Origin: Nemertoderma westbladi
Lineage: Eukaryota > Animalia > Xenacoelomorpha
Direction of reading: 5' to 3'
DNA: 64,000 bases
NCBI GenBank assembly: GCA_032718475.1
Contig: JAUCBJ010007794.1
Coordinates: forward strand, 6,123 to 70,122
A program made the translations under genes and the position numbers. Shown piece after piece: positions 37,600 through 50,700 of the stretch (the first letter of the stretch is position 1; each line of letters begins with the position of its first letter). The notes below the pieces were generated by a model. The model was not told where the DNA came from and did not search any database. It worked only from the letters and a program-made list of their open reading frames with translations.

Positions 37600-40500
37600 T
37601 ACAGGAAATTCTCTGATTTCTTACGTTGGAAGTTGGAGCTTTCCAAGATGGTTGTCTGTCAAAAGTAGTTGGGGGGAACTCATTGTCGGTGTCCTTTTCG
37701 TAAGTAAGTGCTCGATACACTGCGGTATTTATTAGGTAACAGGATTCGTTGGCGTCGGAGAATTCGTCAGTATAGAATCCTTCCATCTCAGATTCTTGAT
37801 CGGTATCATTTACATCACTGAATTGGACATGTAGTTCGGGCTCACTTACCTGACTCGGGTTGTTTCGTTCGAATTCACTGTGTAACAAGATGTGATGTTT
37901 TGCACCACACTTTGCACACCTTACGTCGGAGTAACAGGTTCGCCGTTGGTGTCCTTGTCTGAGGCAATTATAGCATAACCGCTTATCCCACATGACTTCA
38001 CGTCTGTCTACCAGGGATTTCTTTAGGAATTCCGCACACGCACTCAAACGGTGGGGCCCGTCGCACAGCGCACATTTTGGTTTGATGTTACTCACTTCAC
38101 CTTGGGTAACGTTATGCACTCTCGTTCTTTCTTCGGGCTTTCTTCCATGCATTCTGTTAGGAGACTGAGGAGGAGTCTTAGCAACCTGTTCTCTCCTGTC
38201 ATGGGTTCGAGCCTTATATTTACTTACGTCCTTTGAGGTTTTGTTAACATAGTAAGATCAGTCAGTGTCTTTCCCGCTGTCCTCTTCTTGAGAAGCTTGG
38301 CTTTCGCCGTCGTCAGTATAACACACTGGTGTTACCCTTCTCCGAGAAACGGGTTTCTCACTTACCTTATTTTCCGATGTTTTCTCTCTGGACTGCTTTA
38401 TTAGTTGTAATTTTACTTCACCATCTAAGAAGGACATGAGATCAGCCATGGTAGGGCTCCATTGTTGTTGCTCCATCATATACAACACTTTCTTGTCCCA
38501 GCGTGTACATACTCCACCCTTTGGTAAAGTAGAGACTATGGCTCCAATAACCATGGAACTCTGATATTCATGAGACTTACCTAACCAATCCAATTGTCTA
38601 CAGATCTCCTAAATCTCATCGGAAAACTCTATAATCCCGCTACTAAGGAACTTTCGGGGGGCTACTAATTTTGCATACAAATACTTAGCTATGTTATCCT
38701 TGTTACCATACCTGATGTTTAATGTATCCCAAACTTGTCTTAATCCATTCCTTCCAAGCACTTGATGAGGAATCTAAGTTTCTCTCCATTAGATAGTACA
38801 GAGTTCTGTATGCTATCTTTGTAATATTCATTGAAAGGTAACCATTTCATCTCATCTCCATTGAATTTGACGATTTCTCCCACTTTGACCGCTTGGCGGG
38901 CTTCTGTTCTAGCCATCTGACGCGTAAAGCTTTCTTGGGCCATCATGTTGTTTAATATCGAATTATCGGTATATAAATTTCTCGGATTATTATCAGGTCT
39001 ATAGGGAATATCATTAACAACAGGTTTATAATCACCCTTAATAGGATTTGCTATAGGAGTTTCTACTTCACTAGCAGTATAGATGCGTGTAGGCTCCACA
39101 CCTTGCGCATGTAATACTTCAGACCTAACAGGTTGACACAATGTTACAGGGGGTATTGGTATACCCTTTTGTATATTGACTAATTTGTTGCGTTCTAGCG
39201 CGATGCTTTGCTGCACTTCTTGCAATTCTAACTTACTTTCCCTTACTGTTCCCTTGAGTTGGTGGACAGTCTCCTACATCTGTCCAAGCAGGAGATTCAT
39301 CCCCCGCCGTCCCTCCTCTACCCACTCGACCGCCGAAGCGGGAGTCGCCAACATTGTAGCGGGTAGACGCGGGACGACGGGAGACAAACCTTTGATTTCT
39401 CTCTCGGCATCCAGGACAGGGATATTCTCATGGACTGTTCTACCGGGTACAGGCAGTGTAGTACTGTGTAAAGGGAATTTAGAGTTAGACTCTGGAAGTA
39501 CAGGGGTCTCTAGCACAGGAGTGGCTTTGGGAACGACAGGCCTAATTATTTCAGGCTTATCGACTATCGTAGGGAGTCTTTTGACCTTAATAATTTGGTC
39601 TGTGGGTTCTGTACTACCTAAGTCTGTGCTAGCTAGTTGTCTTCTAACAGCTGGGGGCAAATCAGGCAATTTGTGACGGTGAGATGTTTTTCTATGCCTG
39701 CTTAGACGAGATCTATTTCCTCCGCTTTCAGGATCGGTGGTCTCGCCTTCCTCCGATGATGTGTATCCTTGGCGTTTGGGAGTAGATCGACTCATCATCT
39801 GCATTTGACTAGCTGTTAACTGTTTATTTATGCAGTCCTGCGTCTCTTGAAGATTTTCCAACTCTAGTTGGGTGGTCTCTTCAGACGCTCTCCGTTTTGC
39901 TTCTGCCAATGCCTCCGCCGCTTTTCTTTCTGCCTCTGCCACTGCCACTGCCGCCTTTCTTTCTACTTCTGCCGCTGCCGCTGCTACTGCCTTTCGATCT
40001 TCTATTCGTTTTTTCTTTACTTGTTCTTCCTGGGCTCTAGCGATGCGGAGTTGTTCATCAAATTTAGCTTGGTTTGCAGCTAACATTTCCGCATCGATTG
40101 AGTCCAACACAAGCTTGGCTCCTTCACTATTGGGGCGAAGTCCAGCCAGTTGTCTCCTCAACTCTTCGTCACCTAAGAAACGTTGATAGTCTGACAGATA
40201 GATGTTGATGGCGTCTCTCGTTCGCAGTCTCTCTGCTGTCACTTCGCTTTCCACTTGAGAAAAGGTGGCATCGGTTGATTCTTCATAGGTTGGTTGCTCA
40301 GCCAGCCGGGATTTCCACTGGGCTGTTTCTTGAACTTTGAGACCTACCCGTTGGAACCAAGTCTTGACAGCAACTTGCAGCGACGTGTCCTGTCTTCTTT
40401 TGGAAGTTTCCTCAAAGGCTGATAGAATTAGTCTAATGCATAGGGTTCTTTCGCGTACTTGACAAAGCAGCTCTTCCAGCTCTTGAGGTCCTTGAGGTTG

Positions 40501-41116
40501 TCGAAACAGTTGTTCTTCTAATCGCTCTAAGGAGCCAAAGAATCCCTGCACATATCCTGCTGCCGACCTCTTCCAAACAGCTGGATCCATCGTATCTTTA
40601 GTCACTCCCATCCTGTGTATGTCTTCCCAAGTAGCTTCGGACAAATCTAACGGGAGTCCGGGTCCGGGAAAGTTCCATTGTGACTCGACAATAGACATCA
40701 ATTCTTCCCTGGCGTATCCCGCATAACTATCTTGGGTCACTCGCTTACTTCTCGCCCAATCGACTTGGTGTTCCTCCACCGCAATCAATATCGTAGTTAG
40801 TACTGCGGCAGGAAGAGTGAGAAGGGGATCCGTATAAGCTGTATCCGCCATCTTCACTCCGCGTATTAGGATATTGACTAGGATATTGCTGCTGTAGGAC
40901 AGCTGCTTCTTGGTTCCGTTTGACCTGGGCCCGAGTGCCGATGATAGACCTACGGTGTTGGATTAGCCTAGGGTCTGATACTACTACTGGAGGGATGACC
41001 TTTCTTTCAGTAGGAGGTGAGCTGAACCCTTTTCTTAATCGCTCCACACTCCTATCTGTGTCACAGATGGTTGTATCGATTAGACTGTCCGACAGGTTTT
41101 GCTTTGTGTCAGACAT
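37574..41116 (-). pseudogene. gag: Element B gag (fragmented by stops and frameshifts)
   Basis: Pieces align to the open gag of C. KFNGDEMKWLPF is a Pao gag core; three knuckles CALCDGPHRLSAC, CYNCLRQGHQRRTC, CAKCGAKHHILLH. Confidence 0.93.
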
Positions 41117-43064
41117 GCTTAGCTATACAGTTGAATGCTTACTGCTATAGTTACAGTTAAAGCAAGTCTAGTAATTCAGTATGACCGTTGGCCTAGTACC
41201 GGTAATTAATTACAGTATATTAGAATACCGGTATACACTTATAGTATATATAAGTATTGCAGACTAGGTTTGTCACAGAATACCGGTATATAATTTCAGT
41301 GCAAATATATACAAATAGATAATAAGCCTATTATAGATACCGGTATATCAATTATTTAGAGTAATTGAATTTCTGAAATTATAGGGTTACTTAGTTACTT
41401 TAGTTTACTCTATTACCGTTATTCAAGCAGTAAGTCCAACTGATATTAAGACCTAATTGTTGTATGACAGGCCTACTCGCTTATAAACCTTTGAGTTGAT
41501 TTATAATAGATATATATATATATATACCCGTATGAGGGGTTTTGTTACAATATTGAAATAGATGTTACTATTTCTGGGAAATAATCACTACACAGAAGCT
41601 GTGCGCTCTCAGTGAAGTGCTACTTATTAGACACTAAAACAGATAATTCTACTGGCCTAAGTTACTTATCTACGAATTACTTACGATACGGGTGAGATTA
41701 AATCTCTTACTAAACACAACAAAATATTACGTACGAAATTTTTTAGGGTAATTTTACAGGGAAACTACAAACCAGTCTAACAAAGGGTTAGAACTTCTGG
41801 TTATTACAACGGACAGGATACTACGGTATTTGAGAATAATAAAGCAGTAGTCAATATACTGCGTTGTCCAGATAGGAAAAATACCACCGTCTGACGACCT
41901 ATAGCCATATCGCTATAGGTACTACGTTATGTATCACGGAGTGTTCCTACCTAGAAGTTAATTACCGCGGACTACCAGATCCAACGTGCCTATTAACCAC
42001 TTTACAACACAAATATACTGCCTACACACTAATTACTTTCGGAAAGCACTGTACACTAAACCCTAAATTAGGTACAAGTACTTATAAAACAGATAACTAG
42101 CAGTTAAATATACTTGAACAGTTAAAAGAACCACGGCATCTGCTGGAGTGACCAGAGCACAAAGTCACCAGTCTTTACCTACGCCAAGCAGCCCGTGTAG
42201 GACCGGGGTTAATTTAACTATAACGGTATGTGTAACAAGCACAATTACTGTAGGAATAAACTTGGGGACATGAATGTTGCGAATAATCGCATAAACTCTG
42301 AATAATAAATATTACGCTACCCGTACAGAATACTCAAACAAAATACAAACCAAACGCTGGCAGACTACTATCAAGCCTAAATAAACTACAGTATGTGCAG
42401 ATTCCAAAATGGTTAGTTAGTATGCGTTCTAACACGGTAGTACGACTTATTCTTTAGGAGGGGGTTGACCTTACAACTCAAGATGCCCCAACTTACTAAC
42501 TGGCACTTTATCGGACAGACTCTACACACGCCGCAATCTCTCCAGACCCAACAACAGCCAGACAACAATCCAGCCTACAAAATATCTGAGTAATAACTAT
42601 TACGGTACCTGAACAGACCACACAAACAAACACAGGCTAAAACGCTGGCAGACCACTATCAAGCCTAAATAAACTACAGTATATGCAGATTCCAAAATGG
42701 TTAGTTAGTATGTGTTCTAACACGGTAGTACGACTTATTCTTTAGGAGGGGGTTGACCTTACAACTTAGATGCCCCAACTTACTAACTGGCACTTTATCG
42801 GACAGACTCTACACACGCCGCAATCTCTCCAGACTCAACAACAGTCAGACAACAGTCCAGCCTTCAATTATCTGAACAATCTGAGCAGACTTACACGTCT
42901 TCTGCTCAATATTAACTTACACGTAAATAAAACTGACAGAAATAAGTAAAATCTCAATAAAAAACCAGGGCGGCCGTTCCCTGATTAAGTACTAAGACCT
43001 ACCGGTATACAATAATCAAAATCGAATAATACTAATGTACTTATACTGGAAGTACCGGTTAGGA

Positions 43065-43292
43065 CAGTTGGGCCTACAGACCTACAGCAGTACCGGTTCA
43101 GGCAGTTGGGCCTACAGACCTACAGCAGTACCGGTTCAGGCAGTTGGGCCTATGGACCTACAGCAGTACCGGTTCAGGCAGTTGGGCCTACGGACCTACA
43201 GCAGTACCGGTTCAGGCAGTTGGGCCTACAGACCTACAGCAGTACCAGTTCAGGCAGTTGGGCCTACGGACCTACAGCAGTACCGGTTCAGG
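43065..43292. repeat. 38-bp tandem repeat x6 in the 5' leader of B
   Basis: CAGTTGGGCCTACAGACCTACAGCAGTACCGGTTCAGG at a 38-bp period. Confidence 0.95.
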
Positions 43293-43354
43293 TTTACCGG
43301 TCGACCAGTACTTTCAACTTTATTGCTTACTACAATAAAGAAGATAACTGTTAT

Positions 43355-44598
43355 TGTACGTGCTTTTGAAGACCTTTAGCAGTTTAACCTGCCAAAATTT
43401 ATATGTCTTTTGGTTTATAACTCGACTTTAGCATATGACAAGTATTTAATACCAATAAACACAACATTAGCTGAAGCCAGCCTAGTGCGCGTCCATTCAC
43501 CCGCTGGATATACCCGGGAGACTGGATTCGGAGGGCTTAGATTTTATTGCAGTGTAGCCTACTGTATTATTCGATTGATCGTTAATAAATAATCTCTGAA
43601 GAAATATTATTTACTTTCGGGAAATATTAACAGTTCCTTTAGGACGTGGCGCTCTATCTAGGTAAACAGAGCTATGACTTATACTAAACACAACGGTAAG
43701 GCTTATGATTCATGTATAAGGCGCATTCTTTAGGAAATGCTTAGTTATCAGCCACAATCATGCACACTACCGGTACCGCACAATACTGCACACTAATCTG
43801 CCGACCGTCAATGAATTTGATCATACATAAAGAGAACAGCAATTGACTCATGTAGTGTCTATCAAATAGCATTAGATTCACTACAAACCACGATAATATA
43901 AGTCGCAATTGTTATATGTAACCGGTCTCTCTAACCTGTAGTGTATCAAGAAGATTGGGAAATTTGGGTTATTTATCGATGTTCTCCAAGTAATAATATT
44001 CAACCAACTGATACAAATAATAACCACAGTAAATAGCATTAAGACGGTAGGTTAAGATATTATATGATTGGTAGGTATTGGTATGATATGGTTAGTTGTT
44101 AAGCATGAGTTGAGTTGATAACAGTTATACTTTCTATAATCTAAGCCTACTAATCTTTCTTCTAAAGTCTGAAACAAAATGATTCCAGAGCCGGTGTTCT
44201 TGGCCTAGATAGAAACAACACAACAACTGTAAGAGTCTCTGTGATAGTGTCACACTGTTGCAGGTATCTTTTACACAGAGAGGACAAGCTCTCATTGGCA
44301 GAACAACAGATTCCACAGGTTCCACGAATGTCTAAATGCCGAACTATCAGGATTTTTGCAGCCCTTGGCCAGCACACAAAATGAGTCACTCCGCTCGGTT
44401 GCCCTGGTTGCATACTCTGCTGCTATAGCTCTGGTTGGCCGATAGAACATAGCAAAGAGCCCCTCGTACAGCAAATCAGCCAATCAGCTGGTCGCTTGTA
44501 TCATTCGAGTTAGGGAGCTTTTTAGAGTATTCCAGTGCCTTGGGGGGAACTGGATTGCAAAGCAAAAGGGCCAGTTATATCCCACAAAAGCTTTTACA
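43355..44598 (-). repeat. Element B 5' LTR (1244 bp)
   Basis: Near-identical to 26067-27310, followed by TSD CTGTT. Confidence 0.96.
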
Positions 44599-46447
44599 CT
44601 GTTCTCAAGATGTCCTCCGTGACCATGTGGGTGTTCATTAACTTTGTCATGAGACGCTTCGAACTGCCCACCAGTCTCTCGACGCATCCTAGTGTATGTG
44701 GTGCATACGGCGTCCTTCTCTCCCATTTTACTTGACGTCGCCTCATGGCTGCCCTGGCTTCCTCCCCTTCCAAGATGTCCAAGGCCTCTGCCATCTCGTT
44801 CTCTGCTCCCACAAAGTTGGTTCCACTGTCGGAGTACATTACTTCGATCGTCCCACCTTTGCGGTCTCTGAACCTTTCTAGCGCATTTATAAATGCTGAT
44901 GCGGATGCATCTTGGGCGAGTTCTATCCCTACCGCCCTCGTGTTGTTACATACGAAGATAATACCGTAGCGTTTCTCCGTGTGCCGCATCACCTTGATCT
45001 TTATCAGCCCGAACATGTCCACACCGCAATGCGTAAATGGTGGGTCGTGCTGTCTTACTCTACTTGCCGGTAGTGGCGCCATCTCCTGTATGGCTCACTC
45101 CTTCTTCGCTCGTCTGCAGGTCTGGCACTGCCCCACTACCGCTTTCACCATCTTCCTCAATTGTTTGACCCAGTAGGTCCTTCTTATCTCTGCGAGGGTT
45201 CGGTTGGTGCCCCCGTGCAATATCGACTTGTGGGAGTCCCAGATAATCTGGTGGACTAAAGGCGATCCTGTAGGAATGATGATGGGTTTTGGTGGTACCA
45301 CAATGCTGTTGTTGTATCCCACCCTAGAGTTCATTACTAGAATCCCATCATCGTTAAGTTGTGGCGACAGCGTGATCAGCTCGCTGTCTCGTCGAAGATG
45401 CTGTTGCTTACCGGCGCGTTCCACCTCGTCGCCATAGTTCTTCCGTTGTTCATAGCGGATGACTGCTCTAGCCGCTCCTTCCAGATCTATGGCTGTCCTG
45501 ATCTTCTTACTTTTGCCAACTCCCGCGAGGAAATTCCCGAAGGCTCTCCAGTACGCAACTAATTTCTTGGTCTTGTACCAACTAGAGCTGTAGCTGAGGA
45601 GTTTATCCGTTGGGTTATCGCACAGTTCTACTGATTTGGGTCGCACGTCCCTTATCTCCCTCACCATCTGGGAGTATATCTCTTCTCCCTCTGAATCTCC
45701 CTCTTCTCCTTCCGATACTACTTCTCCTGGGCCCGGGTCTACCTTTCTCATCGGCGGCCAGGCCTCCTTGTCGCTCAGAAACTGTGGCCCGTGTTGCCAC
45801 AATACTTCCTTCTTCAAGAAAGTGTGGCATGCCACGCCCCTCGATAACAAGTCCGCTGGGTTCTCGTCCGTAGGGCAGTAGTGCCACCTTTCTAGTTCTG
45901 TCGTCGCCCTTATTTCGTCCACTCTATTCGCGACGAATATAGGGTATCGCGTTTTCTCGTTATGTAGCCAGCCGAGCACTACCATGGAGTCCGTCCAGTA
46001 GTGTGTCTCCACTATGTTGGGAATAGCGTCCATTATGTAGTCTGTGGCTCTAACTCCTAATCTCGCTGCTGTCAACTCTAGTTTGGGAACTGAATCCGAA
46101 TCTGGTGGCGTTGACTTGGCCTTGCTGAAGGCAAGTCTGGGCTTGTGAGACCCCTCTCGTTGTACTAAGTAGAGTGCCGCTCCGTATGCCTCTAGCGACG
46201 CATCGGAGAACATGTGCAGATCCAGGTTCGTCATGTCCCCATCCGGGAAATACACTCTTGGCATGTTGTATGTTTCCATCTGCTCTAGACCTTCTGTCCA
46301 CTTGCACCACTGTTTCTTAATCTCTTCTGGCACCTCTTCGTCCCACTCATCTTTCAGCTTGTATACTCTTTTGAGTATCTGTTTCCCCGTTACTAGTAGT
46401 TGGGATGCTAGGCCTAGGGGATTGTATATTCTTGCTATGTATGACAC
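44599..46447 (-). pseudogene. pol: Element A pol: RNase H and integrase core
   Basis: IYNPLGL, HMFSDASLEAYGA, VPKLEL, YWTDS, NPADLLSRG; HKSILH and CQTC; GVDMFG, YSDSGTNFVGA, GCVERLV. Stop at 45095; interrupted by B. Confidence 0.94.
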
Positions 46448-46491
46448 ATATGGATGACATATCTTTGTGTGGATGTCTGCGTACGCGTCAC

Positions 46492-46678
46492 TGTGACGGG
46501 ATCTACGGATCCCGGTTTATCCGTTTGGGTTTTCTACCTACGCGTCCCCGCCGTGTATATGAAAAGGTTCATTAAGAGTTCTGATGTTCGGTAATATGTA
46601 TAAAGGTATAATATAGTTGATATATATAGTATAGTATGACACGGTTACCGGTAGATAAGTATGATGGCGGTAGCGGAC
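46492..46678 (-). repeat. Partial LTR end from a family related to A
   Basis: TGTGACGGGATCTACGGATCCCGGTTTATCCG...CGCGTCCCCGCCGTG resembles the A LTR terminus but is diverged and truncated. Confidence 0.7.
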
Positions 46679-47735
46679 GGTGATGGACAGTGCGGCGAGA
46701 GCCTTCTGGGATATACCCGGCAAGCGGGCCTGGGTGCACGAGAAACCGGCAATGGATTTCGCGGGGGGCACCATCAGGTTGGGCGAACAACCGGGGACGG
46801 CACCACGGGTAGTATTTGGAGGGACGATGCCCGGGAGGGGCGGGGAGATAGATGTAGAAAGGGACACTAACGTCCAAAAGTTCGCCTACCAGCGACTCCA
46901 TAGACTGCGGAGGTCGCTCGGGACGAAAGACGATGTGGGGCGGGAGACACTGATACTCGGTTGCGACTACTGTGGGAGACAGACCCACCAGGAAAGGAGC
47001 TGTTTGTATCGGTTCCAGAAGGGAACCTATTGTCTATACTGCCGAGAGTCGAGCTACAGGATGGGAGCGTGTCCTTGGTTGCACAACCGATGTCCGAAGT
47101 GTAACTTTCGGGGACATTACGGATGCCAGTGCGACTGGATGGACGACGAAGAGAAGTTCAGGATCTTCGAAGAGTGGGCCGACGTCGGGGCGATGACTCG
47201 GCAACGTATGAAGGCCCAGGAGTTTAAGTGGGGTTTCTTCCTAATCAACCAGGAGGCCCACATGGAGATTATTAAACGGAGGCTTCCGTTTACTTATCAG
47301 GAAGTGGCGACGGCGGCATCATTTGCCAGGGTGATAAATACGCAGAGGTATTTAGATAGGTGGACGCCACAAAACAGAGGAGAGTTTAGGGATTTCTTGG
47401 CGGAGCATGTGCCGAGAGCCATGAAGATGATTTTATGGGACGCCACTAGGGGGAGACAAGAGGGCCATTCGGAGGGGCCACCCGCGAAGCGGTACCAGGA
47501 ACTTATAACACCGGCAGCCAAGGAACTGACTACCGGGATTAGTAAGGAAGTGGCGGCGAGAGTCCGGAGACAGAAAGCAGATCCCAGGGGAGCGATAGTG
47601 ACCAGGAAGCGACCCAGGGAGGAAGCCATCCCGAGAGAGACGGGGAGGTTCCCAAGGTCGGGAGGAATAGACTGAGACTTTAGTGTGGTACGCCTGGAAG
47701 GTGCCACGCGAGACGTGCGAACTATTAAATACAAA
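46679..47735 (+). pseudogene. Inverted partial copy of element A ORF3 (zinc-knuckle C-terminal part plus 3' flank)
   Basis: Reverse complement of ~21496-22552 with scattered substitutions; frame 46680-47675 is open to the natural stop. Confidence 0.93.
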
Positions 47736-50700
47736 GTACCATCCCTTTATTATCGGGTAACGGTAGCTTTGGTACCTTCCATACCATCCCTATGGTGTAC
47801 CGCCCCTCATCACATGTCATGGACTCCTCTACGCTCTGTTGAGCCTGCTTGTCCTCCACCGAGGTCCCTACCCCGGTCTCCTTTAATCCCTCAAAATCTT
47901 GTTTGAGCAGTCTTTTAAGCTGCTCCTCTGCTTTCTCATCACCCATTTCCTGCATAGTTCCCGCGAACATGCATCCTGATGTCTCCGACATCCTAAATGG
48001 TATCTTGCTCTTGATTGGGCCACTCAGTGTCCACCCGAATGGTGTCAATATCGCCACTGGGTCACACTCCCTGTCTTCGCCGAAGACCGTTTGCATTCTT
48101 TCGTGGGCTGTCGGGCAGTCCATTCCTACTATGATGGATACCTGACGTCCACCTCCTGGATTGAGAAGTCAATACTGTCCAGGAATTTATATTGCTCGAC
48201 CTCGATGTTGGTTGGTCGCCTGGCATTGATATTAATTGACTCTATCACTTGGATGGGGTCGATGGTTGCTCCGTAGTCACATCCCGGTGCCACTGCTGCA
48301 ATCGCGCACCGTCCAGTCCTCATCTCTAGGACTTTGTCTTTGCTCGAGATGGTTGTTACTGCCATTCTACTTGGCCTCGTCCTCAATCCTATTTCTTCGG
48401 CCACCCAATCCTCGACTAATGTGAAGGCAGCTCCGCTATCAACCAGCATCAGAGTGGTTACTGATCGATTGCCTTCCCCAATCACTCGCACCGGTACTAC
48501 CCCAAGTAGCACCGTTCCTCTTTTCTTCGCCCCTACTGTGCTCGTTGCCATTGTTTGGCCTTTGTTTCGACGGAACTTAACCGGTGTCTCCTTGCATTGC
48601 CTCGCTCGATGTCCACTCATCACACATTGCGAGCAGATCTCATTTCTGTCCGCGTATTCTACCTGATCTTCCCTGGGTAATGCTTGCCAGTAGCTGCAAT
48701 TCATGGTTAGATGCCTTGCATTTGTATGTAGCTGGCATTTACTCTTCGGGTCGTAGCCGTCCTTGTACAGCGCATCGCGTATCGCAACTGCATTTGTGCT
48801 AAATTCACTACTGTTTTTATAGCTTGGGTTCGGCCTACTGGATATATTGGGGTTATGTTTATTCGTGTTGTTATTTTTCCCCTGTCCGGTCTTACCCTCC
48901 GCTACTTGTGGACTCGCAGTCCCCTGCGTTGTTGCATATGGTAGTGATTGCCTGAGTTTTGGTAATGCATTCGACGTGTTGTGCTCTGGTTTCGGTCGAT
49001 GGTAATCCGTCTTTGGTCCCTTTCCCAGACTATCTTCGCTATAGACTGGGTCGGTTATTAGTTCAGCTTCGTAGCTTAAGAAGCTGGACATTTCTTCTAG
49101 ACCCGGTTCCACACCCTTTCTATCTCGAGTGGAGAAAGCGACTTTCCTCCACTTATTGCGCAGCCAGATCGGCAGTGCCTGCGCTATCGTGGTGATGTTG
49201 TTGGACGCGTTTAGCTCGTATGGCGCGTCCAACGTCTTCAGCACGATCAGCGCCTTTTCGACTTTGTTAGCAAACGTCTTAATGCTAACGGGATTATCCT
49301 GTAGGCCACCCGTTGTTATACCTCTCAGGGTTTGCCTGATGATCTTAGCTGGGTGCCCGTATTCCCTATCCAGCGCCCGCCATGCCGTCGTGAAGCCGCC
49401 TTCTATACCCTGGTATTGCCTCACGATGTCGTATGCTGGGCCTCCTGTGTATACTTGCAGATACTTTAGGCACTCCGCCTGCGTCAAGTTCTTCGTTAGT
49501 ATTTCGTTACTATACATGCGCCGAAACTGTAGATATTCTTCCAGCCTACTCCCATCGAATTTGAATGGTCCCACCGGTGGTAACTCGATCCTGGTTTTTA
49601 TCGCATCGATTAACGTGGCCATCCCCACCGCCTGCGCCTCTAATGGGTTCGATGGATGTTGCATAGTTTCCCTTGTTTGGTGCGGTCCATCCGTTCTATT
49701 CCCTGTCTTTCTCTGGCTTGGGTATATCATTGGGGGTAGCGGCCCCCTCCATATTTCAGTGGCGCATGACTTATTTTCATCCAAGGGGTTCGTTGTTCTC
49801 GCTCCTATTGGGGTATATTGTTGATATTGCGATGGGGGAATGTCACCCTGTCCCCCCCCCCCCCCCCCCCACCGGTATGTATGGTACTGGGGTTGATGTT
49901 AATATATTGGGGCCCATGCATCTATCCGCAATAATTCCCCCCTCCCCTGGGTATATGTTATATCCTTTGGTGCTGTAGTCATACTGCTGCACTGGTACCG
50001 GTATAGGCCTATCCGCTTCTGGCCTACCTACCGGAATGTATTCCGCGACTTCCGGGTTTAATCCCGTCGTCCGCGCTATCCTATCGCCTATATTGCCTCT
50101 GTCAGCATGGCCTATGGTATGTGCAGTAAGGCCTGCAGTATGTCCTACAGTCTGTATGTGTTGCTCGGGATCGAAGTTTATTCTTCTCGAATAATCCTGC
50201 CCGCGGCTACCGTATTCTCGATCGGCAGGTATATCCCGTCGGAAAGTTTCCCTTCGACCCCCTCTACTGCTCTCATCTTCGTGCCGGTACATCATGTACC
50301 CCTCTCTCGACGCGTAGTGCGCCTCGTCGGGTCGCGTCTCTCCGGGGCGACGGCAATCTCCCGTAGTTCGACCCCACTGACTCTCTCCTTCCAACTCAAC
50401 TACCGACGGCTCACTATCCGTCCTCGCTCTTCTATCGTTTGCGGCGATACTTCTCCTACCGTCTTCTCTTCTTCTTCTTCCAGTGCAGTATTCCCGCTCG
50501 TGAGATCTCTCGTCGACCTCCCGGTTAAACTCCACTGTTCTTCTTCCCTCTTCTGATTGGGCTCGACGCTCCGTCCGCCCTCTCGCGACGTCAACCTGCC
50601 TCTCTCTGCTCGATCGCACGCCGCTGGGGATACTCGCGATCCCCCTATTACTCTCCGTCGCCGGGTGTTGCGGTTTACCTACTTCGGCCCTCGCATTATC

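Larger units (their letters stand above)
26067..44598 (-). mobile_element. BEL/Pao LTR retrotransposon B, full length (18532 bp), inserted in A's integrase
   Basis: Two 1244-bp LTRs; 5-bp TSD CTGTT at 26062-26066 and 44599-44603; internal gag-PR-RT-RH-IN. Confidence 0.96.

Noticed and set aside
43035-43379. Overlapping repetitive ORFs in three frames
   Set aside because: Translations of the 38-bp tandem repeat.
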